DNA of 64,000 bases from Pseudomonadales bacterium (GCA_016763075.1 JAESUM010000038.1:8571-72570), one strand, 5' to 3'. Shown: positions 19,528 through 28,885, counted from the stretch's first letter. Notes: generated by a model not told the origin, from the sequence alone. Numbers and translations are program-made.

Positions 19528-20642
19528 AAGTATTGGTTGTCGCGCCAGGTATTTGTACACCGTATTCTGAAGGAAGGAAAAGATTTGTACTTGATCTAAT
19601 TCAAACTCTATCCGGTCAAAACGAAGTTCTGTTGCTTACAACAACAGTTAAAGGTGAATCAACAAAGCTCAAAACACGTTTTCATACACGTGTTTTGGGG
19701 CATGGTGTTTTTCATCTTTTGTATTTGATCATCCGGCTGCCTTTTACCATTAAGGAATTCAAACCTGACATTATTTGCGTGTTCCCTTACGGTACATTCC
19801 GAAATTTGTACGGTGTTGCATCTAAATTATTTATGCGATGTGTTGACAAAATCGCCTCGATATTTTCTGTATTTTGTTTGACAGTTGTTTATTCGCTGGA
19901 TGAATATGGCCGGCATCAACAGCTTAGAAAAATTGTGAGCAATTTGACGCTTAGCCAAAGACCAGACTGGGACGGGATGGTTGTCAATCTTGGCGTTAAT
20001 ACAGCGCATTGGCCAGAGAAGAAATCTAATATAGACGTAGATAGTTCTCATAAAACGCTGTTGTTTATGGCAGGTATGTGGGAGCAAACAACTGACCGAG
20101 TAGATCACGTAATTGCAGTTCGAGGGCTAGGTGTTCTATTGGAAGCAGGAGAATCTCTAAGTTCAGCCGGAATTCGGCTAATTGTCGCTGCACCGTTGTT
20201 TAGTAGTGAACTATGTAGAGAGTATGTACGTCAGCATGCAAAGAATACGTGGCCAGAATCGAATTTGGAGTTTCGTGAATTTGTATCTGTCCCAGAAATC
20301 TATTGGGACGCGGACCTATTTGTCTTCCCATACACTAAAGAGATAAACCATTTTGTACCTACATCAGTTGTAGAAGCCATGCTGGCGGGAGTTCCCGTAG
20401 CATTGAGCGATAAGTCGTTTTTAGATCCGTTAGCTGGTAATGAAGATCGGGTGGTTAGAATAAATGCATTCGATCATGAGTCGTTATCAAATGTATTAGT
20501 AGATACCCTAAATAACCCGGACTTATTAAGGAGGCTGTCAGGAAGTGCAGCGTGTTACGCTAGAGAGAGTTGGTCAATAGAGGCATCTGCTGAGCAAATT
20601 CAACAACTGTACGAGCGGAGAAACAACACCGTAAATAGATGA
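19509..20642 (+). CDS. GT4 (group 1) glycosyltransferase
   Basis: C-terminal region LFVFPYTKEINHFVPTSVVEAMLAGVPVALSD is typical of GT-B retaining enzymes. Overlaps the preceding methyltransferase by 19 nt. Confidence 0.65.
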   Translation: MREKILKVLVVAPGICTPYSEGRKRFVLDLIQTLSGQNEVLLLTTTVKGESTKLKTRFHTRVLGHGVFHLLYLIIRLPFTIKEFKPDIICVFPYGTFRNLYGVASKLFMRCVDKIASIFSVFCLTVVYSLDEYGRHQQLRKIVSNLTLSQRPDWDGMVVNLGVNTAHWPEKKSNIDVDSSHKTLLFMAGMWEQTTDRVDHVIAVRGLGVLLEAGESLSSAGIRLIVAAPLFSSELCREYVRQHAKNTWPESNLEFREFVSVPEIYWDADLFVFPYTKEINHFVPTSVVEAMLAGVPVALSDKSFLDPLAGNEDRVVRINAFDHESLSNVLVDTLNNPDLLRRLSGSAACYARESWSIEASAEQIQQLYERRNNTVNR

Positions 20643-20680
20643 GCTATGTTGTCGGTAGAGACTTCAGTATGGAGCTGAGT

Positions 20681-21880
20681 CTATCGAACGATTAGCTTCT
20701 TTACGGCACTAATTACGCGTTGGATATCTTCATTACTCATTTTAGGCGATAAAGGTAGGCTGATGGTGTTTTGACCGACTTCGGTAGCAATGGGGGTGTC
20801 TTCGGGTTTCCAACCAAAGGTTGATTGATAGTAAGGATGTTCCGGTATGCTTAAATAATGTACGCCGACACCTATTTTTTCGCTGGTCATGGCATCTAAA
20901 AATTGATCTCTCGAAATACTGCTTTCAGTGTTATCTAGCAGTATCGTATAAAGATGATAGGCGTGCCGGTCCCCAGGTGTTGGCTCGCTTGGACAAGTAA
21001 AAGGTAGGTCGTTAAACGCGCTCTGGTATTGCTGCCATATTTGTTCTCGCCGAGTCCAGTTTTCTTCAATGCTCTTAAGTTGGTGGATTCCTAAGGCGGC
21101 TTGAATATCCATCATGTTGTATTTGAACCCGCATTCAACGACTTGATAATGTTTGTAACCTTTGTCACCAAATCTGTGCCACGCATCTTTAGTCATTCCG
21201 TGTAATGCCAATCGTTTTACTCGAGCGATTTTGTCTTCATCGCGAGCAAGCACCATTCCGCCCTCTCCAGTGGCAAGGTTTTTCGTTACGTAAAAGCTGA
21301 AGCAACCGAAATCCCCAAATGTACCGGCTGGAACGCCTTGATATTTGGTTTCAATTGCATGGGCGCAGTCTTCTATAACTATGAGGTTATGTGTTTTTGC
21401 CAGCGCCATGATGGCAGTCATATTGCATGGGCGGCCGGCAAAATGTACGAGCAAAATAGCTCGGGTTTTTGGTGTGATTTTTTCGGAAATTTTATCCGGT
21501 GAAATATTGAGTGTATCGCGTTCTATATCGGCGAGTACTGGAGTTAACCCAGCGTGGATAATCGAACTGACGGTTGCGCAGAATGTCATAGCAGTAGTGA
21601 TGACTTCATCCCCCGGAGCCAATCCCGCAGCAACCATACTCACATGCAGAGCGGCAGTGCAGGAGTTTACCGCTGCGCTATGACTCGCTGAATAACCTTT
21701 ATATTCAGCGAATTCTTTTTCGAAGCGCGCCACCTTTGGTCCTGTACCAAGCCAGCCAGACCGGAGGGTAGCTTCGACTTCTTTGATTTCTTCCTCACCA
21801 ATTGATGGGGCACCGAATACAATAAATTCTTTTTCTGAGGACATTGCCGTCGCCTTATTTACAAGTAGCTGAGGATACAC
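20681..21880 (-). CDS. DegT/DnrJ/EryC1/StrS family PLP-dependent sugar aminotransferase
   Basis: Family-typical sequence including FSFYVTKNLATGEGG (PLP lysine region). The probable start is the ATG at 21844 (MSSEKEFIVFGAP). Confidence 0.85.
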   Translation of the reverse strand: MYPQLLVNKATAMSSEKEFIVFGAPSIGEEEIKEVEATLRSGWLGTGPKVARFEKEFAEYKGYSASHSAAVNSCTAALHVSMVAAGLAPGDEVITTAMTFCATVSSIIHAGLTPVLADIERDTLNISPDKISEKITPKTRAILLVHFAGRPCNMTAIMALAKTHNLIVIEDCAHAIETKYQGVPAGTFGDFGCFSFYVTKNLATGEGGMVLARDEDKIARVKRLALHGMTKDAWHRFGDKGYKHYQVVECGFKYNMMDIQAALGIHQLKSIEENWTRREQIWQQYQSAFNDLPFTCPSEPTPGDRHAYHLYTILLDNTESSISRDQFLDAMTSEKIGVGVHYLSIPEHPYYQSTFGWKPEDTPIATEVGQNTISLPLSPKMSNEDIQRVISAVKKLIVR

Positions 21881-21936
21881 GTATATTTTTTAACTGATAC
21901 AATCCGATATTTTTTGCACGCTAGGGATACTTTCGG

Positions 21937-24105
21937 TTGAACGATAAATCGCCAATAAAAATTCTTCAAACTATTTTTGGTCACGAACAGTTTCGAGGCG
22001 ATCAATTAGAAATTATAGAACAATTATGCTTAGGCCGTGATGCCTTAGTCCTAATGCCCACCGGAGGTGGTAAAAGCCTCTGTTATCAAATTCCAGCTCT
22101 CGTTCGGGATGGCGTTGGAATCGTTATTTCTCCATTGATTGCACTCATGCAGGATCAGGTGGATGCGCTTACTCAGCTGGGCGTTCGGGCTGCATTTTTA
22201 AACTCTAGTCAAGACCGTGCCACTCAATATGAGCTTGAGCAGCAGCTCAGACAAGGCGAGCTGGATATACTTTACGTTGCGCCTGAGCGGCTTGTATTGC
22301 CCAATACCCTAGCTTTGCTGGCGAGCCTTGATATCGCACTGTTTGCTGTTGATGAAGCACACTGCGTATCCCAGTGGGGGCATGATTTTCGGGCGGATTA
22401 TCTTAAGCTATCAGTATTGGCTGAACAGTTCTCAAATGTTCCCCGAATAGCGCTTACCGCAACGGCAGATGAACGAACCCGGCATGAAATAATCCAGCGC
22501 TTGGGTATGCAGGAAGCGTCGGTTTACATTAGTAGTTTTGATAGGCCCAATATTCGCTATCAAGTAGCGGAGAAGCAAAACCCACGGCAACAGTTATTGC
22601 GTTTTATACGGCTTTTTCATGCTGAAGACGCAGGTATCGTGTATTGCCTATCTCGAAAAAAAGTGGACGATACCGCTGCGTGGCTGGCAGGGCAGGGTTT
22701 TAACGCCTTACCCTATCATGCAGGTTTATCGGCTGAAGTTCGCCAGCAGCATCAACGTAGGTTTTTACAAGAAGATGCCGTAGTCATGGTTGCAACCATT
22801 GCTTTTGGCATGGGTATTGATAAACCGGACGTGCGATTTGTGGCCCACCTTGATTTGCCAAAAAACCTAGAGGCGTACTACCAGGAAACCGGTCGCGCAG
22901 GCCGCGATGGCGACGCTGCAGACGCTTGGATGCTGTACGGTTTGCAAGATGTGGTGAAGCTGCGGCAGATGCTGGATAACAGTAATGGCGATGAGCAGCA
23001 CAAACGCGCGGAGTTTCATAAGCTTGACGCAATGTTGGGGTTTGCGGAATCGACCCGTTGCCGGCGTCAGCTATTGCTGCATTATTTTGGTGAAACGCTG
23101 GAATTGCCCTGTGGTAACTGTGATGTTTGTATTGATCCACCGGAGACCTGGGATGGCACAGAAGTCGCCCAAAAAGCACTTTCTACGGTACACAGGACCG
23201 GTCAACGGTTTGGTGTGGCTTATTTGACCGATGTGCTACTGGGCCGTAGCAATCAGCGTATTGAGGATTTTGGGCATAACAAAATCAGTACCTGGGGGAT
23301 TGGTACGGAGTTAGACCAAAAACAGTGGCGGTCGGTTTTTCGGCAGTTGGTAGCGCGAGCCTATCTACATGTTGATCATGAGCAATATGGCGCGGTTAAG
23401 TTGGTGGAGAAATGCCGGCCAATACTGCGGGGTGAGCAACGTATTGAGTTTCGCAAAGAAGCCAAAAAATCGACTAAGAGCGGATCAGGCAAGCCGCTAC
23501 GCAAACAATTTTCAAACAGTGGTAACGAGGCTTTATGGGAGGCTTTACGAGCATTGCGCAAACAACTATCGGATGAGCAGGGCGTACCACCCTATGTGAT
23601 TTTTCACGATGCAACGCTGATGGAGATGGTGGAGTTAAAGCCTGAAAACCTTGAGCAGATGGCGGCGATATCCGGCATAGGTACTACCAAGCTTGAAAAG
23701 TACGGTGAACCGTTCCTGGCGCAACTTAAACAGTTTTCGAATCTTGAAGAGCCACAGGCTGAAGTAAACGACACGGCTCTGGAGAGTATTCGTTTGTGCA
23801 AACAGGGTAGTAGCCTTGAAGAGATTGTCAGCACCAGGGGGCTAGCGGAATCAACGGTGATTAACCATTTGGCGGCAGGAATAGAGCAGGGCACTCTTCA
23901 ACTGTCGGATGTTTATCCTTTCGATGAACAGGAATTGAAAGGGCTATCAGATATTTGGTGGGGGTTATCGGAGGAGGATCGAGGGCGCTTAAAACCCTTT
24001 TATGATGCACTGGATGGAGCCTGTGAATATTCCCACTTAAAGTGTATTTGCGCTGCTTTTCGGTTTGTTGCGCAACAGGGAGAGGCGGTAGGGTTTTCGG
24101 AATAG
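21937..24105 (+). CDS. recQ: ATP-dependent DNA helicase RecQ with an extra C-terminal tail
   Basis: TTG start. Walker A PTGGGKS, DEAH box VDEAHC, zinc-binding cysteines (CRRQ...CGNCDVC) and an HRDC region ([15 protein letters not shown]). About 110 further residues form an HTH-like segment ([11 protein letters not shown]). Confidence 0.92.
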   Translation: MNDKSPIKILQTIFGHEQFRGDQLEIIEQLCLGRDALVLMPTGGGKSLCYQIPALVRDGVGIVISPLIALMQDQVDALTQLGVRAAFLNSSQDRATQYELEQQLRQGELDILYVAPERLVLPNTLALLASLDIALFAVDEAHCVSQWGHDFRADYLKLSVLAEQFSNVPRIALTATADERTRHEIIQRLGMQEASVYISSFDRPNIRYQVAEKQNPRQQLLRFIRLFHAEDAGIVYCLSRKKVDDTAAWLAGQGFNALPYHAGLSAEVRQQHQRRFLQEDAVVMVATIAFGMGIDKPDVRFVAHLDLPKNLEAYYQETGRAGRDGDAADAWMLYGLQDVVKLRQMLDNSNGDEQHKRAEFHKLDAMLGFAESTRCRRQLLLHYFGETLELPCGNCDVCIDPPETWDGTEVAQKALSTVHRTGQRFGVAYLTDVLLGRSNQRIEDFGHNKISTWGIGTELDQKQWRSVFRQLVARAYLHVDHEQYGAVKLVEKCRPILRGEQRIEFRKEAKKSTKSGSGKPLRKQFSNSGNEALWEALRALRKQLSDEQGVPPYVIFHDATLMEMVELKPENLEQMAAISGIGTTKLEKYGEPFLAQLKQFSNLEEPQAEVNDTALESIRLCKQGSSLEEIVSTRGLAESTVINHLAAGIEQGTLQLSDVYPFDEQELKGLSDIWWGLSEEDRGRLKPFYDALDGACEYSHLKCICAAFRFVAQQGEAVGFSE

Positions 24106-24119
24106 TAACTGATCGAGAT

Positions 24120-24149
24120 TACTCGTTCCCATGCTCCTGCGTGGGAATG
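24120..24149 (-). repeat. REP-like palindromic element, copy 1 (inverted relative to copy 2)
   Basis: TACTCGTTCCCATGCTCCTGCGTGGGAATG. Its reverse complement matches copy 2 apart from a few substitutions and a 1-nt indel. Confidence 0.6.
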
Positions 24150-24247
24150 TATATGGAGGTTGGTCAATATAAGTCGGGAAAGGTAGTATTCGAGACTCGG
24201 CAGCGGTGAAAATTAAATATATGTCGTGGGTTTCGGGTTCGTGCATG

Positions 24248-24276
24248 CATTCCCACGCAGAGCGTGGGAATGAGTA
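24248..24276 (+). repeat. REP-like palindromic element, copy 2
   Basis: CATTCCCACGC-AGA-GCGTGGGAATG forms a perfect 11-bp stem, followed by AGTA shared with copy 1. Confidence 0.6.
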
Positions 24277-24369
24277 CCGGCTCTTGTATAGCGGAGATTT
24301 ATTGGTAGAAGTTTGTCCGGCGTTGCTTCTGATTTACGCTTGCTGTTCCCTGGTGGAAATACCCGTCCA

Positions 24370-24405
24370 TAAAAAAGCCGGAGGTCAGTTTCACTGGCCT
24401 CCGGC
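24370..24405 (-). terminator. Rho-independent terminator of the acyl-CoA dehydrogenase operon
   Basis: 13-bp stem with one mismatch (GCCGGAGGTCAGT / ACTGGCCTCCGGC) and loop TTC. On the minus strand it is followed by TTTTTT. It lies just downstream of the stop at 24430. Confidence 0.7.
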
Positions 24406-24429
24406 TCGGTCTATCGATCTAATTACCGG

Positions 24430-25578
24430 TTAATCAATAATCAGAGCCGCCAGGTGACGACGCTGGTGAGTTGGATCACCGTACGCGTATTGTCCCCATT
24501 GTGCGCGTTTCAGGAACAGGTGAGCGTGACATTCCCATGTGAATCCCATTCCACCATGACTCTGAATTGCACGGCGACCAATCAGGTCGCTGGCTTCTGC
24601 GGAGCGTGATTTGGCCATACGGCCAGCGATTTCAGACTCGCCACCCCAGGTGCCATCAAACACGGTCGCAGCGTAATAGACCAAAGAGAGTGAATCTTCG
24701 ATCAATAGCATCGCGTTTACCAGAGGGTGTGATACCGCCTGGTAAGATCCAATGTGTTTGCCAAACTGCTCACGCACGCGTGCGTACTCCAGGGTCAGTT
24801 CCATGCCGCCATTCGCTGTACCCGCCATATCTGCTGATAGCAGGATGTAAGTCAGAGAGAAGACATATTGCAGAACTTTGACTGCCTCGTCGCCGGTCGC
24901 CAGTATTGCGGATGCAGGTACCTGAACACCGTCAAAGTTGATCCGAGTGCTACGCCGCGCATGGTTTACGAGCTGCTCTGGCAGTTGACTGAGGGATGAG
25001 GTGGTGGCTGCATCGAGCATGATCAGGGCAGGTTTGCCGTCAATCATAAAGCTGCCGATGATGGTATCCGCGTTTTGGCCATCCAGCACAAAGTTTTTGG
25101 TTCCTGCTAGCGTATAGCTATCGCCATTTTTGGTTGCTGTACAGGTGATGGCTGTGGGTTCCCAGCTGTCGTTATTAGGCTCGGTCAGCGCTAATGTAGC
25201 AATTTTGCTGCCGCTGCAGAGGTCAGCTACCCAGTCTTGAATATGGCCGTCACTGTTTGACTGGAGTATTGCCTGGGTCGCAAGTGTGTTGGCTAAAAAC
25301 GGAGAGCTGAACAAAAAGCGCCCCATCAGTTCAAAAATTTTCGTAAGCTCGGGTATGCCCAGGCCACTTCCGCCAAACTCTTCTGGTACTGCCAGCCCAA
25401 GCCAGCCCATGTCGGCCAGTTCCTGCCAGGTTGTTGTATCGTAACCTGAGTCAGTTTCAGCCAGTTTTCTCATCTCTTCAAAAGTTGATTTGTCGCGAAG
25501 GTAGTTTGTGGCTGCTTCCGTCAGCAATCCCAGTTCCTCGCTGCAATCTATATGCAATGGTGCTTCTGATATATTCAT
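24430..25578 (-). CDS. Acyl-CoA dehydrogenase family protein (second of an adjacent pair)
   Basis: ACAD fold sequence. The C-terminal region is HGGMGFTWECHAHLFLKRAQW...YGDPTHQRRHLA. Confidence 0.85.
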   Translation of the reverse strand: MNISEAPLHIDCSEELGLLTEAATNYLRDKSTFEEMRKLAETDSGYDTTTWQELADMGWLGLAVPEEFGGSGLGIPELTKIFELMGRFLFSSPFLANTLATQAILQSNSDGHIQDWVADLCSGSKIATLALTEPNNDSWEPTAITCTATKNGDSYTLAGTKNFVLDGQNADTIIGSFMIDGKPALIMLDAATTSSLSQLPEQLVNHARRSTRINFDGVQVPASAILATGDEAVKVLQYVFSLTYILLSADMAGTANGGMELTLEYARVREQFGKHIGSYQAVSHPLVNAMLLIEDSLSLVYYAATVFDGTWGGESEIAGRMAKSRSAEASDLIGRRAIQSHGGMGFTWECHAHLFLKRAQWGQYAYGDPTHQRRHLAALIID

Positions 25579-25618
25579 TTTCTAAATTCCATATTTTGTT
25601 CTATTCAGTGAACCGAAA

Positions 25619-26839
25619 TTAACGGGATTTGGGCAGGTTCAGTACTCGCTCGGCAATAATATTGCGCTGCACTTCACTGGTGCCGCCGCCAATACTTCCT
25701 GCGAAGGATGCGAGCTGACCGTGTTGCCAGAGTCCGCCGTTAATTGCGTTTTCATCGTCCATGTACAGTTGTGCCTGGTTGCCCTGAATTTTGACAGCAA
25801 ATGCATTAAGAACCTGACGCCCTTCTGAGCCGACCAGTTTATTGGCGAGGCCTAGCCCATGCATTCTTTCTGGTACCAGTAGCGCAGAATGTTCGCCACG
25901 GTGTTTACTGAGACGTGTTGCGCGTTCGCTGATGTACAGGTCAATTAGCTCATCACGCAAAACGGGGTCTTCTAACGATGGCTTGCCATCACGTATGCAA
26001 TCGACAGCGGTGTCATGAACATCACGAACGGTGGTGATTTCAAACAGGTTGCCACCGGCCTGGCCGCCGGTTACGCCACGTTCGAAGGTCAGTACGGACA
26101 TAGCGATCATCCAGCCATGGCCTTCTTCACCCATCAAACTTTCCGCTGGGATTCTTGCATCGTCAAAGAAAGTTTGGCAAAAGCCGTACTCTTTGCTGAT
26201 TTTGTAGATTGGCTTGGCTTCAACACCTTTAGCGTGCATGGGTGCCAGGAAGAAGCTAAGTCCAGCATATTTACTGGAAGCATCGGGATTGGTTCGGGCC
26301 AGCAGGATCATGTGTTCCGCTTGCTCTGCCAATGTAGTCCAGATTTTGCTTCCGTTAAGTACGTACTCGCCGGTTTCAGGGTCACGTACCGCTTTGGTTT
26401 GTACGTTGCCGAGGTCGGAACCATGCCCAGGCTCAGAGAAACCCTGACACCAGATCTCATCAGCGGTCAGAATGGGTTTGATATATTTTTGTTTTTGCTC
26501 TTCTGTGCCGTGTTTCATGATGGTTGGGCCGGCCCATGAAAGCCCTACCGCATTGACCATCAGAGGGGTGCGTACGTTGAGCATCTCTTGGTTAACAATA
26601 TCTTGGAGTTCCTGAGGTCTGCCGCGACCACCATATTCAACCGGCCATGCCATGCCGAGATAGCCGGCTTCATATACTTTGTTCTGCCAGGCTTTGAGGT
26701 ATTCAAACTGGTCATTATTGCCCACTTCAGTAAATGACTGAGGAAGGGGGAAACTGGGTTTTGCTGGTTTGTTGTCAGTCAACCACTTGTTGACTTCAGC
26801 GCGGAACTCCTTGAGTTCAGGAGATTCTATCTTCTTCAT
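25619..26839 (-). CDS. Acyl-CoA dehydrogenase family protein (first of an adjacent pair)
   Basis: ACAD fold sequence (WCQGFSEPGHGSDL). The C-terminal region is GGGTSEVQRNIIAERVLNLP. Confidence 0.85.
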   Translation of the reverse strand: MKKIESPELKEFRAEVNKWLTDNKPAKPSFPLPQSFTEVGNNDQFEYLKAWQNKVYEAGYLGMAWPVEYGGRGRPQELQDIVNQEMLNVRTPLMVNAVGLSWAGPTIMKHGTEEQKQKYIKPILTADEIWCQGFSEPGHGSDLGNVQTKAVRDPETGEYVLNGSKIWTTLAEQAEHMILLARTNPDASSKYAGLSFFLAPMHAKGVEAKPIYKISKEYGFCQTFFDDARIPAESLMGEEGHGWMIAMSVLTFERGVTGGQAGGNLFEITTVRDVHDTAVDCIRDGKPSLEDPVLRDELIDLYISERATRLSKHRGEHSALLVPERMHGLGLANKLVGSEGRQVLNAFAVKIQGNQAQLYMDDENAINGGLWQHGQLASFAGSIGGGTSEVQRNIIAERVLNLPKSR

Positions 26840-27219
26840 GGGTAATGCTCCCTTTATTTAGGAACCCGTTAGGCTCAACTTTGGTTCGATCCAGTAGCGT
26901 TGACAGTGAATTCAATCAACGTACTCGTACAAATGTGGTGTTGTCCGGCGGGGGCCCAGTATTTTATTATTTGAAAGTTACTGCAAGAGGCTGTAGCTGA
27001 CTCATCCTTGTCAAAATGTAGCTTTCCATTTTGAGGTATTTTTAGAGGTCACGCGATAGATGATGGGGTCATCTATCGCGTATACGAGGCTCTGCAAAGG
27101 TCTTTTCCGACGTGAGTAAACACGCTGGAGAACATCGTTATTAACAGACTAATTCTGCGTGGAATATGTTCTTTTTTGACTATATCACTTTGGCTAGGGT
27201 AGCGAAACAGGCGCTCAAA

Positions 27220-27696
27220 TTACAGTGAATGCAATTGTTGGGCTGCTTCAAGTACTTGGCCGACGTGACCTTTTACACGGACCTTTAACCATTCTTTATG
27301 CAGCACACCTTGTTTATCTATTAAGTAGGTACTACGTACAATTCCTAGGTGTTCTTTGCCGTAGAGTTTTTTTAATTTGATGACATCAAACAACTTACAA
27401 AGAGATTCATCGGGGTCAGAGATTAACTCAAACGGAAATTCTTGCTTGGCCTTGAAGCGTTCATGAGATTTCATACTGTCTCTTGAAACCCCGAAAACAA
27501 CGGTGTTTGCAGCACTAAAGGCCGCCATGTTATCGCGGAAGTCCTGCCCTTGGGTGGTGCAACCGGGTGTACTGTCGCGTGGGTAAAAGTAAATCACCAC
27601 TTGCTGACCTTTAAGGTCTGAAAATTGAAGCTGATTTTCTCCGGTGGTTTGTGCGGTGAAGTCAGGGATGGGTTGTGCTTCGGTAACGGTATTAAT
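27220..27696 (-). CDS. bcp: Peroxiredoxin Bcp (thiol peroxidase); the N-terminus is only reachable from a non-canonical ATT start
   Basis: Active site YFYPRDSTPGCTTQ. The frame upstream of the GTG at 27600 encodes a Bcp-like N-terminus (NTVTEAQPIPDFTAQTTGENQLQFSDLKGQQ). It contains no ATG, GTG or TTG after the upstream in-frame TGA. An ATT at 27696 lies 6 nt after a GGAGG. Confidence 0.8.
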   Translation of the reverse strand: MNTVTEAQPIPDFTAQTTGENQLQFSDLKGQQVVIYFYPRDSTPGCTTQGQDFRDNMAAFSAANTVVFGVSRDSMKSHERFKAKQEFPFELISDPDESLCKLFDVIKLKKLYGKEHLGIVRSTYLIDKQGVLHKEWLKVRVKGHVGQVLEAAQQLHSL

Positions 27697-27850
27697 TGTT
27701 GGCCTCCAGTGGTCGGCGCGGGTCTCGTTGGTTCAATTATTCTGCTACTACTTTGGTTCTATTTGGGTTCAACAAAGCTATCAGAGTAAACTCTATCATA
27801 TTCAGTTGGCGGCGGGCTTTCGTCACCGGTTCATTTTACCTGAGGTTTAC

Positions 27851-28885
27851 ATGTCTTCATCACCGTCTTTTTCTAGCGCGGCTCGCATATTAATAGTGCT
27901 CGCAGCGTTCTTTATTGTGGCCCAAGGTATTCAGGGTGCGGCTTCAATGATTATTCAGTTGTTGCTTGCGGTTTATATTGCTGTCATCTGTGCATCGCCT
28001 CTCGGCTGGATGGTCGATAGAAAGATACCGGTAACCGCGGCGGTATTGATTTTACTGGTTGGATTGCTGTTCATCGGCGTTTGTTTGGCTGCTTTGCTCA
28101 GTGGGTCCATCGAGCAGTTCTCAAAGGATATTCCTGTTTACCAAGACAAAATCCGTGCTGGCATGTCTGCATGGGTCGTTCAGTTGCAAGGTTTTGATTT
28201 GCCGATATCGACCGAAGAGCTTGGTTCGGTCATTGACCCCGGTCGAACCATGTCTTTGGTGGGTACTTTATTGAATGGGTTAGGAAAAGCACTCACTAAC
28301 ACCATGGTGATTTTACTCACCGTGGTGTTCATATTGTTTGAAGCTAGCGGGTTTTCCCATAAGTTGGATGTGGCGATGGGAGCTGGCAATACCGATTATT
28401 TAAAACGTATTGCCGATGGCATTCGCAATTATATGGTGATCAAAACGTTTACCAGTTTTATTACTGGCTTGCTGGTAGGTATGTTGTTGTGGGCATTTGA
28501 CGTTGATTACCCAATGTTATGGGCGGTGTTGGCCTTTTTGTTCAATTACATTCCAAACATTGGTTCTATCATCGCAGCGCTTCCGGCGATATTACTCTCA
28601 TCGGTTCAGTTAGGCATACAGCCGGCTATGTTTTTGGCATTGGGTTATGTCTTTATCAACTTGCTAGTTGGAAATGTTTTGGAGCCAAAGTTAATGGGCA
28701 AAGGTATGGGGCTTTCGGTGTTGGTGGTGTTTATATCACTGATATTCTGGGGTTGGTTGCTGGGCCCAGTAGGTGTGCTGCTATCGGTGCCTTTAACTAT
28801 GTCGTTAAAGATAATTTTTGAAAATAACGAAGATACACAGTGGTTAGCGGTGATGTTAGGGCCTGATGATCACAATGAAAAGTAG
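27851..28885 (+). CDS. AI-2E family transporter (PerM/YdiK-like, UPF0118)
   Basis: Polytopic protein with the family-typical FNYIPNIGSIIAALP and VGNVLEPKLMGKGMGLS motifs. I chose the ATG at 27851, preceded by GAGG; the longer ORF from 27644 overlaps bcp. Confidence 0.8.
   Translation: MSSSPSFSSAARILIVLAAFFIVAQGIQGAASMIIQLLLAVYIAVICASPLGWMVDRKIPVTAAVLILLVGLLFIGVCLAALLSGSIEQFSKDIPVYQDKIRAGMSAWVVQLQGFDLPISTEELGSVIDPGRTMSLVGTLLNGLGKALTNTMVILLTVVFILFEASGFSHKLDVAMGAGNTDYLKRIADGIRNYMVIKTFTSFITGLLVGMLLWAFDVDYPMLWAVLAFLFNYIPNIGSIIAALPAILLSSVQLGIQPAMFLALGYVFINLLVGNVLEPKLMGKGMGLSVLVVFISLIFWGWLLGPVGVLLSVPLTMSLKIIFENNEDTQWLAVMLGPDDHNEK

Noticed and set aside
10291-21880. Interpreting the island as a conventional O-antigen or capsule biosynthesis locus, or as a mobile element
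   Set aside because: I recognised no initiating transferase, Wzx, Wzy or Wzz, ABC exporter or nucleotide-sugar synthesis set. I found no integrase, transposase, tRNA or flanking direct repeats. I therefore describe it only as a glycan-decoration island.
26015-26539. 174-aa ORF antisense to the acyl-CoA dehydrogenase gene
   Set aside because: It lies entirely inside a well-supported ACAD gene on the other strand and has no recognisable family. It is typical of shadow ORFs.
27644-27850. 69-codon N-terminal extension of the AI-2E transporter ORF (GTG at 27644)
   Set aside because: The extension overlaps the conserved N-terminus of bcp on the opposite strand and has no transporter-like sequence. 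An ATG at 27851 with a GAGG Shine-Dalgarno sequence begins the typical hydrophobic N-terminus.
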